DNA from: Halobacteriaceae archaeon | Lineage (GTDB): Archaea > Halobacteriota > Halobacteria > Halobacteriales > Halobacteriaceae | NCBI GenBank assembly: GCA_042216675.1 | Contig: JBDGTS010000003.1 | Span: 45,227 to 109,226 of the forward strand | Direction: 5' to 3' | DNA: 64,000 nucleotides | Shown here: piece by piece, positions 19,924 through 28,578 of the stretch | Layout of the letters: every line of letters begins with the position of its first letter | Numbering within the stretch: position 1 is the stretch's first letter | Notes under the pieces: model-generated | Seen by the model: the letters and a program-made list of their open reading frames with translations, nothing else | What the model was told of the DNA's origin: nothing | The model's database searches: none | Translations under genes and position numbers: made by a program

Positions 19924-21209
19924 GACCGGAAGAACTCGACCACGCCGTCCGCGTCCACCTGTCGCTCGTCGCCGCTGTCCATGTTCTGGACGGTGACGAC
20001 GCCCTCCGCGAGGTCCCGTTCGCCGACGACGACGGTCCAGTCGGCGTTCACGGAGTCCGCGTAGGAGAACTGGCTCCCGACGCTCCGGCCCGTGAGGTCC
20101 GTCTCCACGACGAGACCCTCGCCCCGCAGTGCGCGGGCGTAGTCGAGGGCGGTGTCGCGCAGCTCCTCGGAGACGTTCAGCACGTACACGTCGGTCCGGT
20201 GTTCCTCGGCGGGCCACTGCCCGGCGTCCTGTAGCAGTTCGCGGGTCGTGGAGTAGCCGAAGGCGAACCCGACGGCGGGCACGTCGCGGCCGCCGAACAG
20301 GCCCACGAGGTCGTCGTAGCGCCCGCCGCCGAACAGGGCGCGCAGGTCGCCCTCGGCGTCGAACGCCTCGAAGACGAGGCCCGTGTAGTAGGCGAGGCCC
20401 CGAACGATGGAGAGGTCGAGTTCGCACATCCCGACGACGCCGTGAGAGTCGAGGGCGTCCGCGAGGTCGTCCATCCGGTCGATGGCCGCCGTCGCGCGTT
20501 CGTCGTCGGGCGCCTGTTCGCGGAGTTCGTCCAGCGTCTCGTCGAGAGGGCCGCTGATGGCCGTGAGGTCTGCCACCTCCTCGGCCGTCTCCCGGTCGAG
20601 GCCGCGGGTGCCGAGTTCGTCGAGGTACTCGGCGCGGCTGAGTTTCTCACGGTCGTCCACGACGCGCATGACTTCCGTCGTGTTCTCGACGCCGTGGGCC
20701 TCAAGCAGGGCTTCGAGCAGGTTCCGGTCGTTGACGAGGAACTCCACCCTGTCGCCGACGCCGAGGCGGCGGAACGCGGTGGCGCCGACGGCGATGACTT
20801 CCGCGTCCGCGGCGACGGACTCGACGCCGAAGACGTCCACGTCAGTCTGGAAGAACTCGCGGTCCCGCCCCTTCTGGACGTTCTCGTAGCGCCAGCGCTT
20901 GGACGTGTCGTACCACTTGATCGGCGTCTTGAGGTCCTTCCGGCTCTGGACCATCCGGGCGCGGGTGGGCGTCTGCTCGGGGGTGAGCGTCACCTCGCGC
21001 CCGCTCCGGTCCTCGAAACTGTACGTCTGTTCGAGGAGTTCCTCGCCGGACTTCACGCGGTAGAGGTCCGTGCGCTCGACGGCGGGGGTGTTGACCTCGC
21101 GGAAGCCGAACTCGGCGGCCGTGCGCTCCACGGTGTCGATGACCTCGCGCCACGCGGCGAACTCCTCGGGGTAGCGGTCGTAGAATCCCTTCAGGCTCTC
21201 GATTGTCAT
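19914..21209 (-). CDS. hisS: histidine--tRNA ligase (core portion from internal ATG)
   Basis: KGFYDRYP, PEQTP, motif 2 WRYENVQKGRDREFFQ, RGLAYYTG, GGRYD, AVGFAFG, C-terminal anticodon-binding domain. Confidence 0.93.
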   Translation of the reverse strand: MTIESLKGFYDRYPEEFAAWREVIDTVERTAAEFGFREVNTPAVERTDLYRVKSGEELLEQTYSFEDRSGREVTLTPEQTPTRARMVQSRKDLKTPIKWYDTSKRWRYENVQKGRDREFFQTDVDVFGVESVAADAEVIAVGATAFRRLGVGDRVEFLVNDRNLLEALLEAHGVENTTEVMRVVDDREKLSRAEYLDELGTRGLDRETAEEVADLTAISGPLDETLDELREQAPDDERATAAIDRMDDLADALDSHGVVGMCELDLSIVRGLAYYTGLVFEAFDAEGDLRALFGGGRYDDLVGLFGGRDVPAVGFAFGYSTTRELLQDAGQWPAEEHRTDVYVLNVSEELRDTALDYARALRGEGLVVETDLTGRSVGSQFSYADSVNADWTVVVGERDLAEGVVTVQNMDSGDERQVDADGVVEFFRSQA

Positions 21210-21980
21210 AGTCGGTCGGTCGCGCTCGCGTTTCTTAAAGACCCCCAGTCTGCTCGTCGCGCCGGGGACGGAGCGGTACGTCAGGCCGTACTCGTCGGCG
21301 GTGGACCCGCTCACGTACATGTAGATGCCGGCCGTGTCGGGACCCACGTCCGCCAGCAGGGCCTCCTCGTCGGCGTCCGGGCGGTCCACGGCCTCGGCGT
21401 GGGCCTCGTAGGTCCGTATCTCGCTCACGCGCTCGAATGCGAGGTCGGCGAGGCGGGTCCCCAACTGCCGGAACGCCTCGGGGACGAGGACCGTCTCGGG
21501 ACGCTTCGGGATGGCCTCGGGCGCCATCACGGCCCACGACACCTCGTCGCCGAGGGCGGCGTCGAGTTCGTACCCTCGCTCGCCCATCAGCGACCGGACG
21601 GCGCTCTCGATGCCGTCGGCGAGGTCCGGGTCAGCGCCACGGCGGAGACACGTCTCGATTAGCTCGTCGTACCCCGCGTAGAAGCGGGTCGCGCCGTTGC
21701 GCCACGCCTCGGCGGGCGACTCGTAGCCCTCCACCCGGCGGTCCGTGAACTCGATGCGGTTGAACACCGGCCGGTCGGCCTCCCGGCCGTAGTAGTTCAG
21801 CGAGAGGAGGTCCTCGACCGCGTCGACGTACTCTCGGACCTCCGCCACGCCCTCACCCGTCTTCGCGGCCCGCTTGCCGCGGCCGTTGATGAGGTCGGCC
21901 AGCCACTCGGTGTCGTACGCGTCGCCGGCGAGTTCACGCTCCAGCGCGAGTCTCGCGTTCCGTCCCTTTTCGGGGACCAT
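21210..21980 (-). CDS. divergent HisG (ATP phosphoribosyltransferase)-like domain, in frame with hisS with no stop codon
   Basis: VPEKGR, AGYDELIE, WAVMAP, VSGSTADEYGL occur in the order of HisG motifs; GGTGA SD-like sequence before ATG 21980 (alternative GTG at 21992). Confidence 0.55.
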
Positions 21981-22069
21981 GAACGTACTCACCGGCGTTC
22001 GCCCCGGCGTCAGAAGCCGTCGTCATGCTCGAACGGTGGCCGGACGGAGCCAAAAGCCCTTCCCTTCGG

Positions 22070-22624
22070 TCACTCGGCGTCGGCGGGCGTGTCGAAGTCG
22101 TGGAAGTGCTCGCCTTTCTCCTTGCTGAGGATGTTCAGCGCCGCCGCGGCGCCGTCGCCCGCCGAGATGATGGCCTGCCACTCCTCGGCGCGGACCATCG
22201 CGCCCGTCGCGTAGGCGTCCGCGACGCTCGTCTCCATCGTCACGTCCACGTCGACCACGTCCTCGTCGGTGAACGCACAGCCGAGCGCCTCCGCGAGGTC
22301 ACGCTTGGCGCCCGTCGCCAACACGAGGTAGTCAGCTTCCACGGCGTCGTCCTCCGTGTCGACGGTGAAGCCCTCGTCCGTCGCCGCGACGCCCGTCGCT
22401 TCCGTTTCCCTGAGGTCCGCACCGAACTCCGCTACCTGCTCGCGGGCGCCCTCGACGAACTCGGTGCCGTCCTCGCTCTCGATGCCGAGGTAGTTGAACA
22501 GGTGCGCCTTGTGCAGCCACGTCTCGTCCGTGTCGAAGACGACCGTGTCGAGACCGTTCTTCGCGGTGAACAGTGCGGCGCTCAGGCCGGCGGGACCACC
22601 GCCGACGACAGCGACATCTGTCAT
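22070..22624 (-). CDS. NAD(P)/FAD-dependent oxidoreductase (short thioredoxin reductase-like)
   Basis: VVGGGPAGLSAA, LVLATG, QAIISAGDG. Confidence 0.85.
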   Translation of the reverse strand: MTDVAVVGGGPAGLSAALFTAKNGLDTVVFDTDETWLHKAHLFNYLGIESEDGTEFVEGAREQVAEFGADLRETEATGVAATDEGFTVDTEDDAVEADYLVLATGAKRDLAEALGCAFTDEDVVDVDVTMETSVADAYATGAMVRAEEWQAIISAGDGAAAALNILSKEKGEHFHDFDTPADAE

Positions 22625-22697
22625 GGCACATCATGCCGCGGGCAGACACAAATAGATGGGGACGCCGGCGAGTACCGTGCCGACCGGTCACACCTCG

Positions 22698-23171
22698 CTA
22701 CGGGGCGAAGTGGTCCCGCGTCCGGCGGTGTCTGTCGCGGAACATGCCCTCGAAGAACGGCGGCGCGATGGCGTCACCGACGTCCCCCAGCGGCGTCGCG
22801 TACCGCACGCGGTCCCGCAACAGCGTCTCGTCGCCGTCGGCGTAGAAGATGTGGGTGTGTTCCCAGTGCCGGAACGGCCCGTCGCGCATCACGTCCCGAA
22901 AGTAGCCGCTCCCGCGCTCGCGTTCGCGGGCCGTGATTTCGCTCGTCCAGCCCTGTCTGGGGCCGACGCCGAACGGGCGCACCGACATCTCGATGCGCGT
23001 GCCCGGCACGAGCGTCTCGGGGTTTCGGTCGCCGTCGGGGCCGACGACGGACTCGATTTGGAGGTGTAGCCACGGCGGCGTCAGCGCTCGGAGGCCGTCG
23101 ATGGTGGAGTGAAACGCCCACACCGCCTCGAACGGTGCCGCGACCCGGCTCTCTCGCTCGAAACTCCGCAT
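22698..23171 (-). CDS. SRPBCC family protein
   Basis: VWAFHS, LTPPWL, GPFRHWEHTH. Confidence 0.85.
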   Translation of the reverse strand: MRSFERESRVAAPFEAVWAFHSTIDGLRALTPPWLHLQIESVVGPDGDRNPETLVPGTRIEMSVRPFGVGPRQGWTSEITARERERGSGYFRDVMRDGPFRHWEHTHIFYADGDETLLRDRVRYATPLGDVGDAIAPPFFEGMFRDRHRRTRDHFAP

Positions 23172-23210
23172 ACCGGGCAGACGGGCCGCCGCGCCAAAAG
23201 TTAGGGGGTG

Positions 23211-23639
23211 TTACTTCAGACGCTCCTGCAGGAACGAGGGATGGGCCGCGGTGACGCCCTCGATGTCGAGGATGGCGTCGCTGATGACTTCGCCGAGGGC
23301 GTCGCCGTCGGGGGCGCGCACTTCGGCCATCAGCATGTGGTCGCCGGAGGACGTGTAGAGGGCGCGCACGGCGTCGAGGTCCTTCAGTTCTTGTGTCGCC
23401 TCGACGTAACGCTCGCTGGCCACGTCGATACCGACCAGCGCGATGGACTGGCCGGACATCTTCTTGGGGTCCACCTCGGCGGAGTAGCCGACGATGACCC
23501 CCTCGTCCTCGAGCCGGTTGATGTACTTGCGAACCGTCGGCTTCGAGACGCCGGCGCGTTCGGAGATTTCGGCGTAGGAGGCCTGCGCGTCCTCTTCCAG
23601 AACGGCCAGGATACGTTCCTCCGTCGATTCGGAACTCAC
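23211..23639 (-). CDS. lrpA1: Lrp/AsnC family regulator LrpA1
   Basis: DAQASYAEI...VSKPTVRKYI, YTSSGDHMLM, HPSFLQERLK. Confidence 0.88.
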   Translation of the reverse strand: MSSESTEERILAVLEEDAQASYAEISERAGVSKPTVRKYINRLEDEGVIVGYSAEVDPKKMSGQSIALVGIDVASERYVEATQELKDLDAVRALYTSSGDHMLMAEVRAPDGDALGEVISDAILDIEGVTAAHPSFLQERLK

Positions 23640-23699
23640 GACTCCCCCTTTGAGACGCCCGAAAAAATATCTTCCGAATCCGAAACTCCGGTTGCGGGG

Positions 23700-24635
23700 T
23701 TACTTGTGGCGGTCGATGAAGTCGTAGGACCGCTCCCAGTCGGCGTCGTCGTCGAAGTAGCGCTCCGCGAGGGGCGACTCGGGCGCGTCCTCGTTGGTGC
23801 GCTTCTCCTCGTAGTAGGACCGGCGGTCCTCCTCGACGTAGTAGCGGCCGGTGAGGACCTCGCCCTCGTACAGTTTCTCCTCGGTCTTCTGCATCATCTC
23901 CTGCGCCTCGGTGCGGTCCGTGACGTCGAAGTCGTAGTCGTCCGACTCCTGCACGTCGACGTAGGGCACGTACTGGCGCGCGTCCTTGTTCCACGTCGGG
24001 CACTGCGTGAGGAAGTCGACGTGGGCGAAGCCGTCGTGTTCGACGGCCTCCTTGATGATCTCCTGTGCCTGATTGGGGTTGACGGCGGCCGTGCGGGCCA
24101 CGTAGGACGCCCCGGAGGTCAGCGAGAGCGAGAGGGGCCGAAGCGGGTCCTTCGCGTTGCCCTTGGGCTGGGTCTTCGACTTGTGACCCTTCGGGGAGGT
24201 GGGCGAGGTCTGGCCCTTCGTGAGGCCGAAGACCTCGTTGTTGAACACGATGTAGGTCATGTCGTGGTTCTCCCGGGCGGTGTGCATGAAGTGGTTCCCG
24301 CCGATGCCGTAGCCGTCGCCGTCGCCGCCGGCGGCGACCACGGTGAGTTCGGGGTTGGCGAGGCTCGCGGCCCGCGCGATGGGGAGCGAGCGACCGTGAA
24401 TCGTGTGGAACCCGTAGCTGTCGAAGTAGCTGTTCAGCTTGCCCGAGCAGCCGATGCCGGTGGCGACGAGGACCTCCTCGGGGTTCTTGCCGAGGTCGGT
24501 CATCGCGCCCTTCAGTGCCTTGTTGACCGCGAAGTCACCACAGCCCGGACACCACGTCGGTTGCGGCTCGATGCCGGGGGTGAAGTCGTCGCGGTCTACC
24601 TCGCGTTGCTCGTCGATTGCGTTGAATGCGCTCAT
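23700..24635 (-). CDS. porB: pyruvate:ferredoxin oxidoreductase beta subunit
   Basis: WCPGCGDF, GIGCS, GGDGD TPP motif; resembles Halobacterium PorB. Confidence 0.92.
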   Translation of the reverse strand: MSAFNAIDEQREVDRDDFTPGIEPQPTWCPGCGDFAVNKALKGAMTDLGKNPEEVLVATGIGCSGKLNSYFDSYGFHTIHGRSLPIARAASLANPELTVVAAGGDGDGYGIGGNHFMHTARENHDMTYIVFNNEVFGLTKGQTSPTSPKGHKSKTQPKGNAKDPLRPLSLSLTSGASYVARTAAVNPNQAQEIIKEAVEHDGFAHVDFLTQCPTWNKDARQYVPYVDVQESDDYDFDVTDRTEAQEMMQKTEEKLYEGEVLTGRYYVEEDRRSYYEEKRTNEDAPESPLAERYFDDDADWERSYDFIDRHK

Positions 24636-24638
24636 TGA

Positions 24639-26531
24639 TTAGTCACCCGTCGCGGGTTCGAGTCGAGTTTGGGTGTTCGGCGATTCGGTGCCGCCGTTGA
24701 CCTGCACCTCGAAGCCCTCGACGACCTCTTCGGGCTCGAAGGGGTTGCCGTTGTACTTCAGGAGGCTGGTCATCTTGTCGGCGTAGTCGCCGAGGTTCTT
24801 CTGGACGTGACCGCGGAACTGGCCCGTGGAGTTCATCTCCACGACCAGCGCCTCCTCGACGCCGTCGAGGAACGCGGCCACTTCGTCGGACGGGAACGGC
24901 ATCATGTCGCTCACGGAGAGCGCCTTCACGGACTCGCCGTCCTCGTTGAGGCGCTCGACGGCCTCCCGAACGGTGCCTTGAGAACTGCCCCACGTCAGGA
25001 TGCCGTACTCGGCGTCCTCGGGGCCCCAGCGGGTCTGCTGACTCTCCGCTTCGTCCAGCATCTCGCGCACGCTGTCGAGCTTGCTGTTCCGGCGGTCCAC
25101 CTGCGCGACCCGGTTGGCGGGGTCCTCGCTGATGTGGCCGGAGGGGTTGTGCTCGTTCCCGGTGGCGAGATAGTGGCCGCCCTTCTGGCCGGGCACGGAG
25201 CGCGGACTGACGCCGTCCTCGGCGTCGTGCTGGAAGCGCTCGAACTTGCCCGAGGGGTGGTGGGGCTGGTCCTCGAGTTCCGCCTCGGTGAGTGTCTTGC
25301 CCATGTCCGGGTTCGGCTCCCGGTCGAAGAAGCTCGCGGGGACGTTGCGGTACTCCCCGGAGAGCTTCTGGTCGTAGATGATGATGGCGGGCATCTGGTA
25401 CTCGTAGGCCGCGCGGAACGCCATCCGCGTCTGCTCGTAGCACTCCTTGACGTTGCCGGGCGCGAACACGACGCGGTTCGAGTCGCCCTGACTCGTGGAG
25501 AGGACGAACTCGAGGTCGGCCTGTTCGGGCTTGGTCGGCATCCCCGTCGAGGGGCCAGCGCGCATGGATTCGAGCAGGACGACCGGCGTCTCGGTCATCT
25601 CCGCGAGGCCCAGGGGCTCGGACATCAGCGCGAAGCCACCGCCGGAGGACCCGGACATCGCCTTCACGCCTGCGTGGGACGCGCCAAGCGCCATCGCGGC
25701 GGCGGCGATTTCGTCCTCCACCTGCTCGTGGATGCCCCCGACTTCGGGCATCAGGTTCGTCATGATGGTGAACGCGTCCGTCCACGGCGTCATGGGGTAG
25801 CCCGCGATGAAGCGACAGCCCTCGTCCAGCGCCCCGTAGGCGATGGCGTGACTGCCGCCGAGGAGGACCTGCTCCTCGTCGTGGGATCCTTCGGGGACCG
25901 TGAGGTCGTGGGTGTGGTCGAACTCCTCGTTGACCTGCTGGTAGGCGTCTTCGAGGACGTCGAGGTTCTGTTCGAGCACCTCGCCGCTCATCGCCTCGGC
26001 CATCAGGTCCTCGATGTGGTCGAGGTCGAAGTCGACGAGGGCGGCCGTCGCGCCGACGCCGGCCGTGTTCCGCATGATCTCGCGGCCGTGTTCGCGGGCG
26101 AGGTCACGGAGGTTGATGGGGTAGACGTGCCAGTTGTTCTCCTCGACCCGTTCGTCGAAGTTCTCGACCTCCTCGATGTCGATGAGGCCCTCGTCGTAGA
26201 TGATGACGCCGCCCTCGCGGAGTTCGTCGAGGTTCTCCGTGAGGGGCTTGAGCTCTTCGTTCCCGTAGTAGGCGTGGTCGGATTCGTTCCGGGCGAAACT
26301 GTCCCCCAGCGCGAGCAACATGTTGTAGCCGTCGCCACGGGACGTGACTTCCTCCGGTGCCGCGCGGATTTCGACGTACGTGTGGCCGCCGCGGATCCGC
26401 GAGGGGTAGTGCCGGTGAGTGAAGACGTCCAGCCCCGACCGCATCAGCGCTGTCGCGAAGTTCTGGCTCGTCGAGTCGATTCCGTCGCCGGAACCGCCCG
26501 CGATTCGCCAGACGAGTTCGTCGTCGGTCAT
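24639..26531 (-). CDS. porA: pyruvate:ferredoxin oxidoreductase alpha subunit
   Basis: GGSGDGIDS, YPSRIRGG, GYPMTP, RAGPSTGMPT. Confidence 0.92.
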   Translation of the reverse strand: MTDDELVWRIAGGSGDGIDSTSQNFATALMRSGLDVFTHRHYPSRIRGGHTYVEIRAAPEEVTSRGDGYNMLLALGDSFARNESDHAYYGNEELKPLTENLDELREGGVIIYDEGLIDIEEVENFDERVEENNWHVYPINLRDLAREHGREIMRNTAGVGATAALVDFDLDHIEDLMAEAMSGEVLEQNLDVLEDAYQQVNEEFDHTHDLTVPEGSHDEEQVLLGGSHAIAYGALDEGCRFIAGYPMTPWTDAFTIMTNLMPEVGGIHEQVEDEIAAAAMALGASHAGVKAMSGSSGGGFALMSEPLGLAEMTETPVVLLESMRAGPSTGMPTKPEQADLEFVLSTSQGDSNRVVFAPGNVKECYEQTRMAFRAAYEYQMPAIIIYDQKLSGEYRNVPASFFDREPNPDMGKTLTEAELEDQPHHPSGKFERFQHDAEDGVSPRSVPGQKGGHYLATGNEHNPSGHISEDPANRVAQVDRRNSKLDSVREMLDEAESQQTRWGPEDAEYGILTWGSSQGTVREAVERLNEDGESVKALSVSDMMPFPSDEVAAFLDGVEEALVVEMNSTGQFRGHVQKNLGDYADKMTSLLKYNGNPFEPEEVVEGFEVQVNGGTESPNTQTRLEPATGD

Positions 26532-26681
26532 AGTTGGATACTGGCCCGTGCCGGGCCGCTACTGTGACCTTGAAACTCCGGGGCTAAAACCGTTTGCCAT
26601 CCATTAACAGGGAACAATAATGAAGTTTCCGCCCGGCCGTGACAACGTTTATGCGCGCCGAAATCGTCACAATTAACGAAT

Positions 26682-27476
26682 ATGTCACGGGCACTCGGCG
26701 GCGCGCTCGGGCGGCTGAAGGACCCGGCGTACACGGGGCCGAATCGGTGTCTCCCCTGCACCGCGGTCAATCTCGTCATCGCCCTCGCTCTCGGGGCGGC
26801 GGTGGCGGTGTGGTGGCTCCCCGCGGGCGCGGGCGTGCTCGCCATCTCGGCGCTGGCAATCTACTTCCGGGGCTACCTCGTCCCGGGCACGCCGACGCTG
26901 ACGAAGCGCTATCTCCCCCGTCGCGTCCTCTCGTGGTTCGGCAAAGCACCCGCGGAGGGGCCCGCCGAGACGGACGCCGACGTCGACGTGGGACGCCACC
27001 TCCTCTCGGCGGGCCTCCTCCGCGACGGCGGCGACGACCTGTATCTCACCGACGCCGCCCGCGACCAGTGGTGGGGTCGGATCGAGACGATTCGGGACCG
27101 AGACGTGGAACCTGAGGACGTGGCGCGGGTGCTGACGGAGGACGTGGACCTCGACTTGCAGTCGCACGGCTCGGCATGGGTCGCCACCGCGAACGGCCGC
27201 CCAGTGGGTCGGTGGGAGTCGCGCGCGGCCCTCCTCGCGGACGTGGCCGGCGCGGAGTTGCTCGCCGACCACCTGCCAGCGTGGGAGACTGCGAACCCCG
27301 CGGTCCGCGGGGAGTTCCTCGGTGGCCTGCGCCTCTTCCTCGAACGGTGCCCGTCGTGCGACGGCACTGTGTCGCTGGGCACCGAGACGGTGGAATCCTG
27401 CTGTGCAGAACGGGAGGTCGTGGCCGTCACCTGCGACGACTGCGGGGCGCGCCTCCTCGAAACCGACGCGCCCTAG
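26682..27476 (+). CDS. hypothetical membrane protein with Cys motifs and C-terminal Zn ribbon
   Basis: NRCLPC, two TM helices, GYLVPGTP, CPSC...CC...CDDC. Confidence 0.75.
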   Translation: MSRALGGALGRLKDPAYTGPNRCLPCTAVNLVIALALGAAVAVWWLPAGAGVLAISALAIYFRGYLVPGTPTLTKRYLPRRVLSWFGKAPAEGPAETDADVDVGRHLLSAGLLRDGGDDLYLTDAARDQWWGRIETIRDRDVEPEDVARVLTEDVDLDLQSHGSAWVATANGRPVGRWESRAALLADVAGAELLADHLPAWETANPAVRGEFLGGLRLFLERCPSCDGTVSLGTETVESCCAEREVVAVTCDDCGARLLETDAP

Positions 27477-28501
27477 CGCCGCGCGCGGCGGTTGAGGACG
27501 CCGACGTTGTTCGCGACGCGACCGGTCAGGTCCGTGAACGCCTCGGCGGTGGAGCCCTCGCCCATCACGATCGGCTCGCCGCCCTCGGCCCCGGTCCGAA
27601 TCTCGGGGTCGAGTGGAATGGAGCCGAGGAACGGCATCTCCACGTCCTCGGCGAACTGCTCGCCGCCGCCCTCGCCGAAGATGTTGTGCTCGGAGCCACA
27701 GTCCGGGCAGTGGAACGACCCCATGTTCTCGGCGATTCCGAGGACGGGCGTGTCGTGGCGGCCGAACATCTCCAGTCCCTTCCGGGCGTCGTCGACGGCC
27801 ACCTCTTCGGGCGTCGTGACGACGACGGCGCCGGTGAGCGGCACCGTCTGGAGCATCGTCAGTTGGGTGTCGCCCGTGCCCGGCGGTAGGTCCACGATCA
27901 TGTAGTCGAGTTCGCCCCACTCCACGTCCTCGACGAGTTGGGTGATGATGCTGTGGACCATCGGCCCCCGCCAGATGACGGGGTCGTCCTCGCCGACGAG
28001 GAAGGCCATGCTCATCAGTTTCATCCCGTAGCGCTCGGGCGGGATGATGGTCTCGTCCTCGGTGGCGCTGGGGTGCTCGTCGGCGTCCACCATCCGCGGG
28101 ACGTTCGGCCCGTAGATGTCGGCGTCGAAGAGGCCGACGCGCGCGCCACGGTCGGCGAGGCCGGCCGCGAGGTTCACCGCGACCGTCGACTTCCCGACGC
28201 CGCCCTTGCCGGATGCGACGGCGATGATGTTCTGCACGCCCGGGAGAACGCCCTCGCCGCTCCGGCCGGTGTCGAGGTCCGCCGAGAGGTCGGGTTCGAG
28301 GCCCGCCTCACGGAGCACTTCGCGCACGCGGCCCGCGATGTGGGACTCGTTCGGCGCGTACGGCGCTCCAAGCGCCAACGTGACGTGCGCCGTATCGCCC
28401 TCGACACTGATGTCCGTCACGAGGTTGCCGGTCACGATGTCGCCGCCGAGGTCCGGGTCCTCCACCTCGGCGAGGAGGTCGCGCACGTCGTCTTCGTTCA
28501 T
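27473..28501 (-). CDS. mrp: Mrp/NBP35 (ApbC) Fe-S carrier ATPase
   Basis: GKGGVGKS, DADIYGP, WRGPM, DLPPGTGD, ENM...CPDC. Confidence 0.95.
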   Translation of the reverse strand: MNEDDVRDLLAEVEDPDLGGDIVTGNLVTDISVEGDTAHVTLALGAPYAPNESHIAGRVREVLREAGLEPDLSADLDTGRSGEGVLPGVQNIIAVASGKGGVGKSTVAVNLAAGLADRGARVGLFDADIYGPNVPRMVDADEHPSATEDETIIPPERYGMKLMSMAFLVGEDDPVIWRGPMVHSIITQLVEDVEWGELDYMIVDLPPGTGDTQLTMLQTVPLTGAVVVTTPEEVAVDDARKGLEMFGRHDTPVLGIAENMGSFHCPDCGSEHNIFGEGGGEQFAEDVEMPFLGSIPLDPEIRTGAEGGEPIVMGEGSTAEAFTDLTGRVANNVGVLNRRARR

Positions 28502-28578
28502 GGCATCCGGTAGGGCTTCTCGCGGCGATAAGGGTTGTGCAAGCGAACGTTTATGTCGTGATTGGGCGAGAAGCCGTC

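Noticed and set aside
19914-21209. Calling the synthetase HisZ
   Set aside because: It keeps motif 2, motif 3, the His-binding motifs and the C-terminal anticodon domain, so it looks like a true HisRS.
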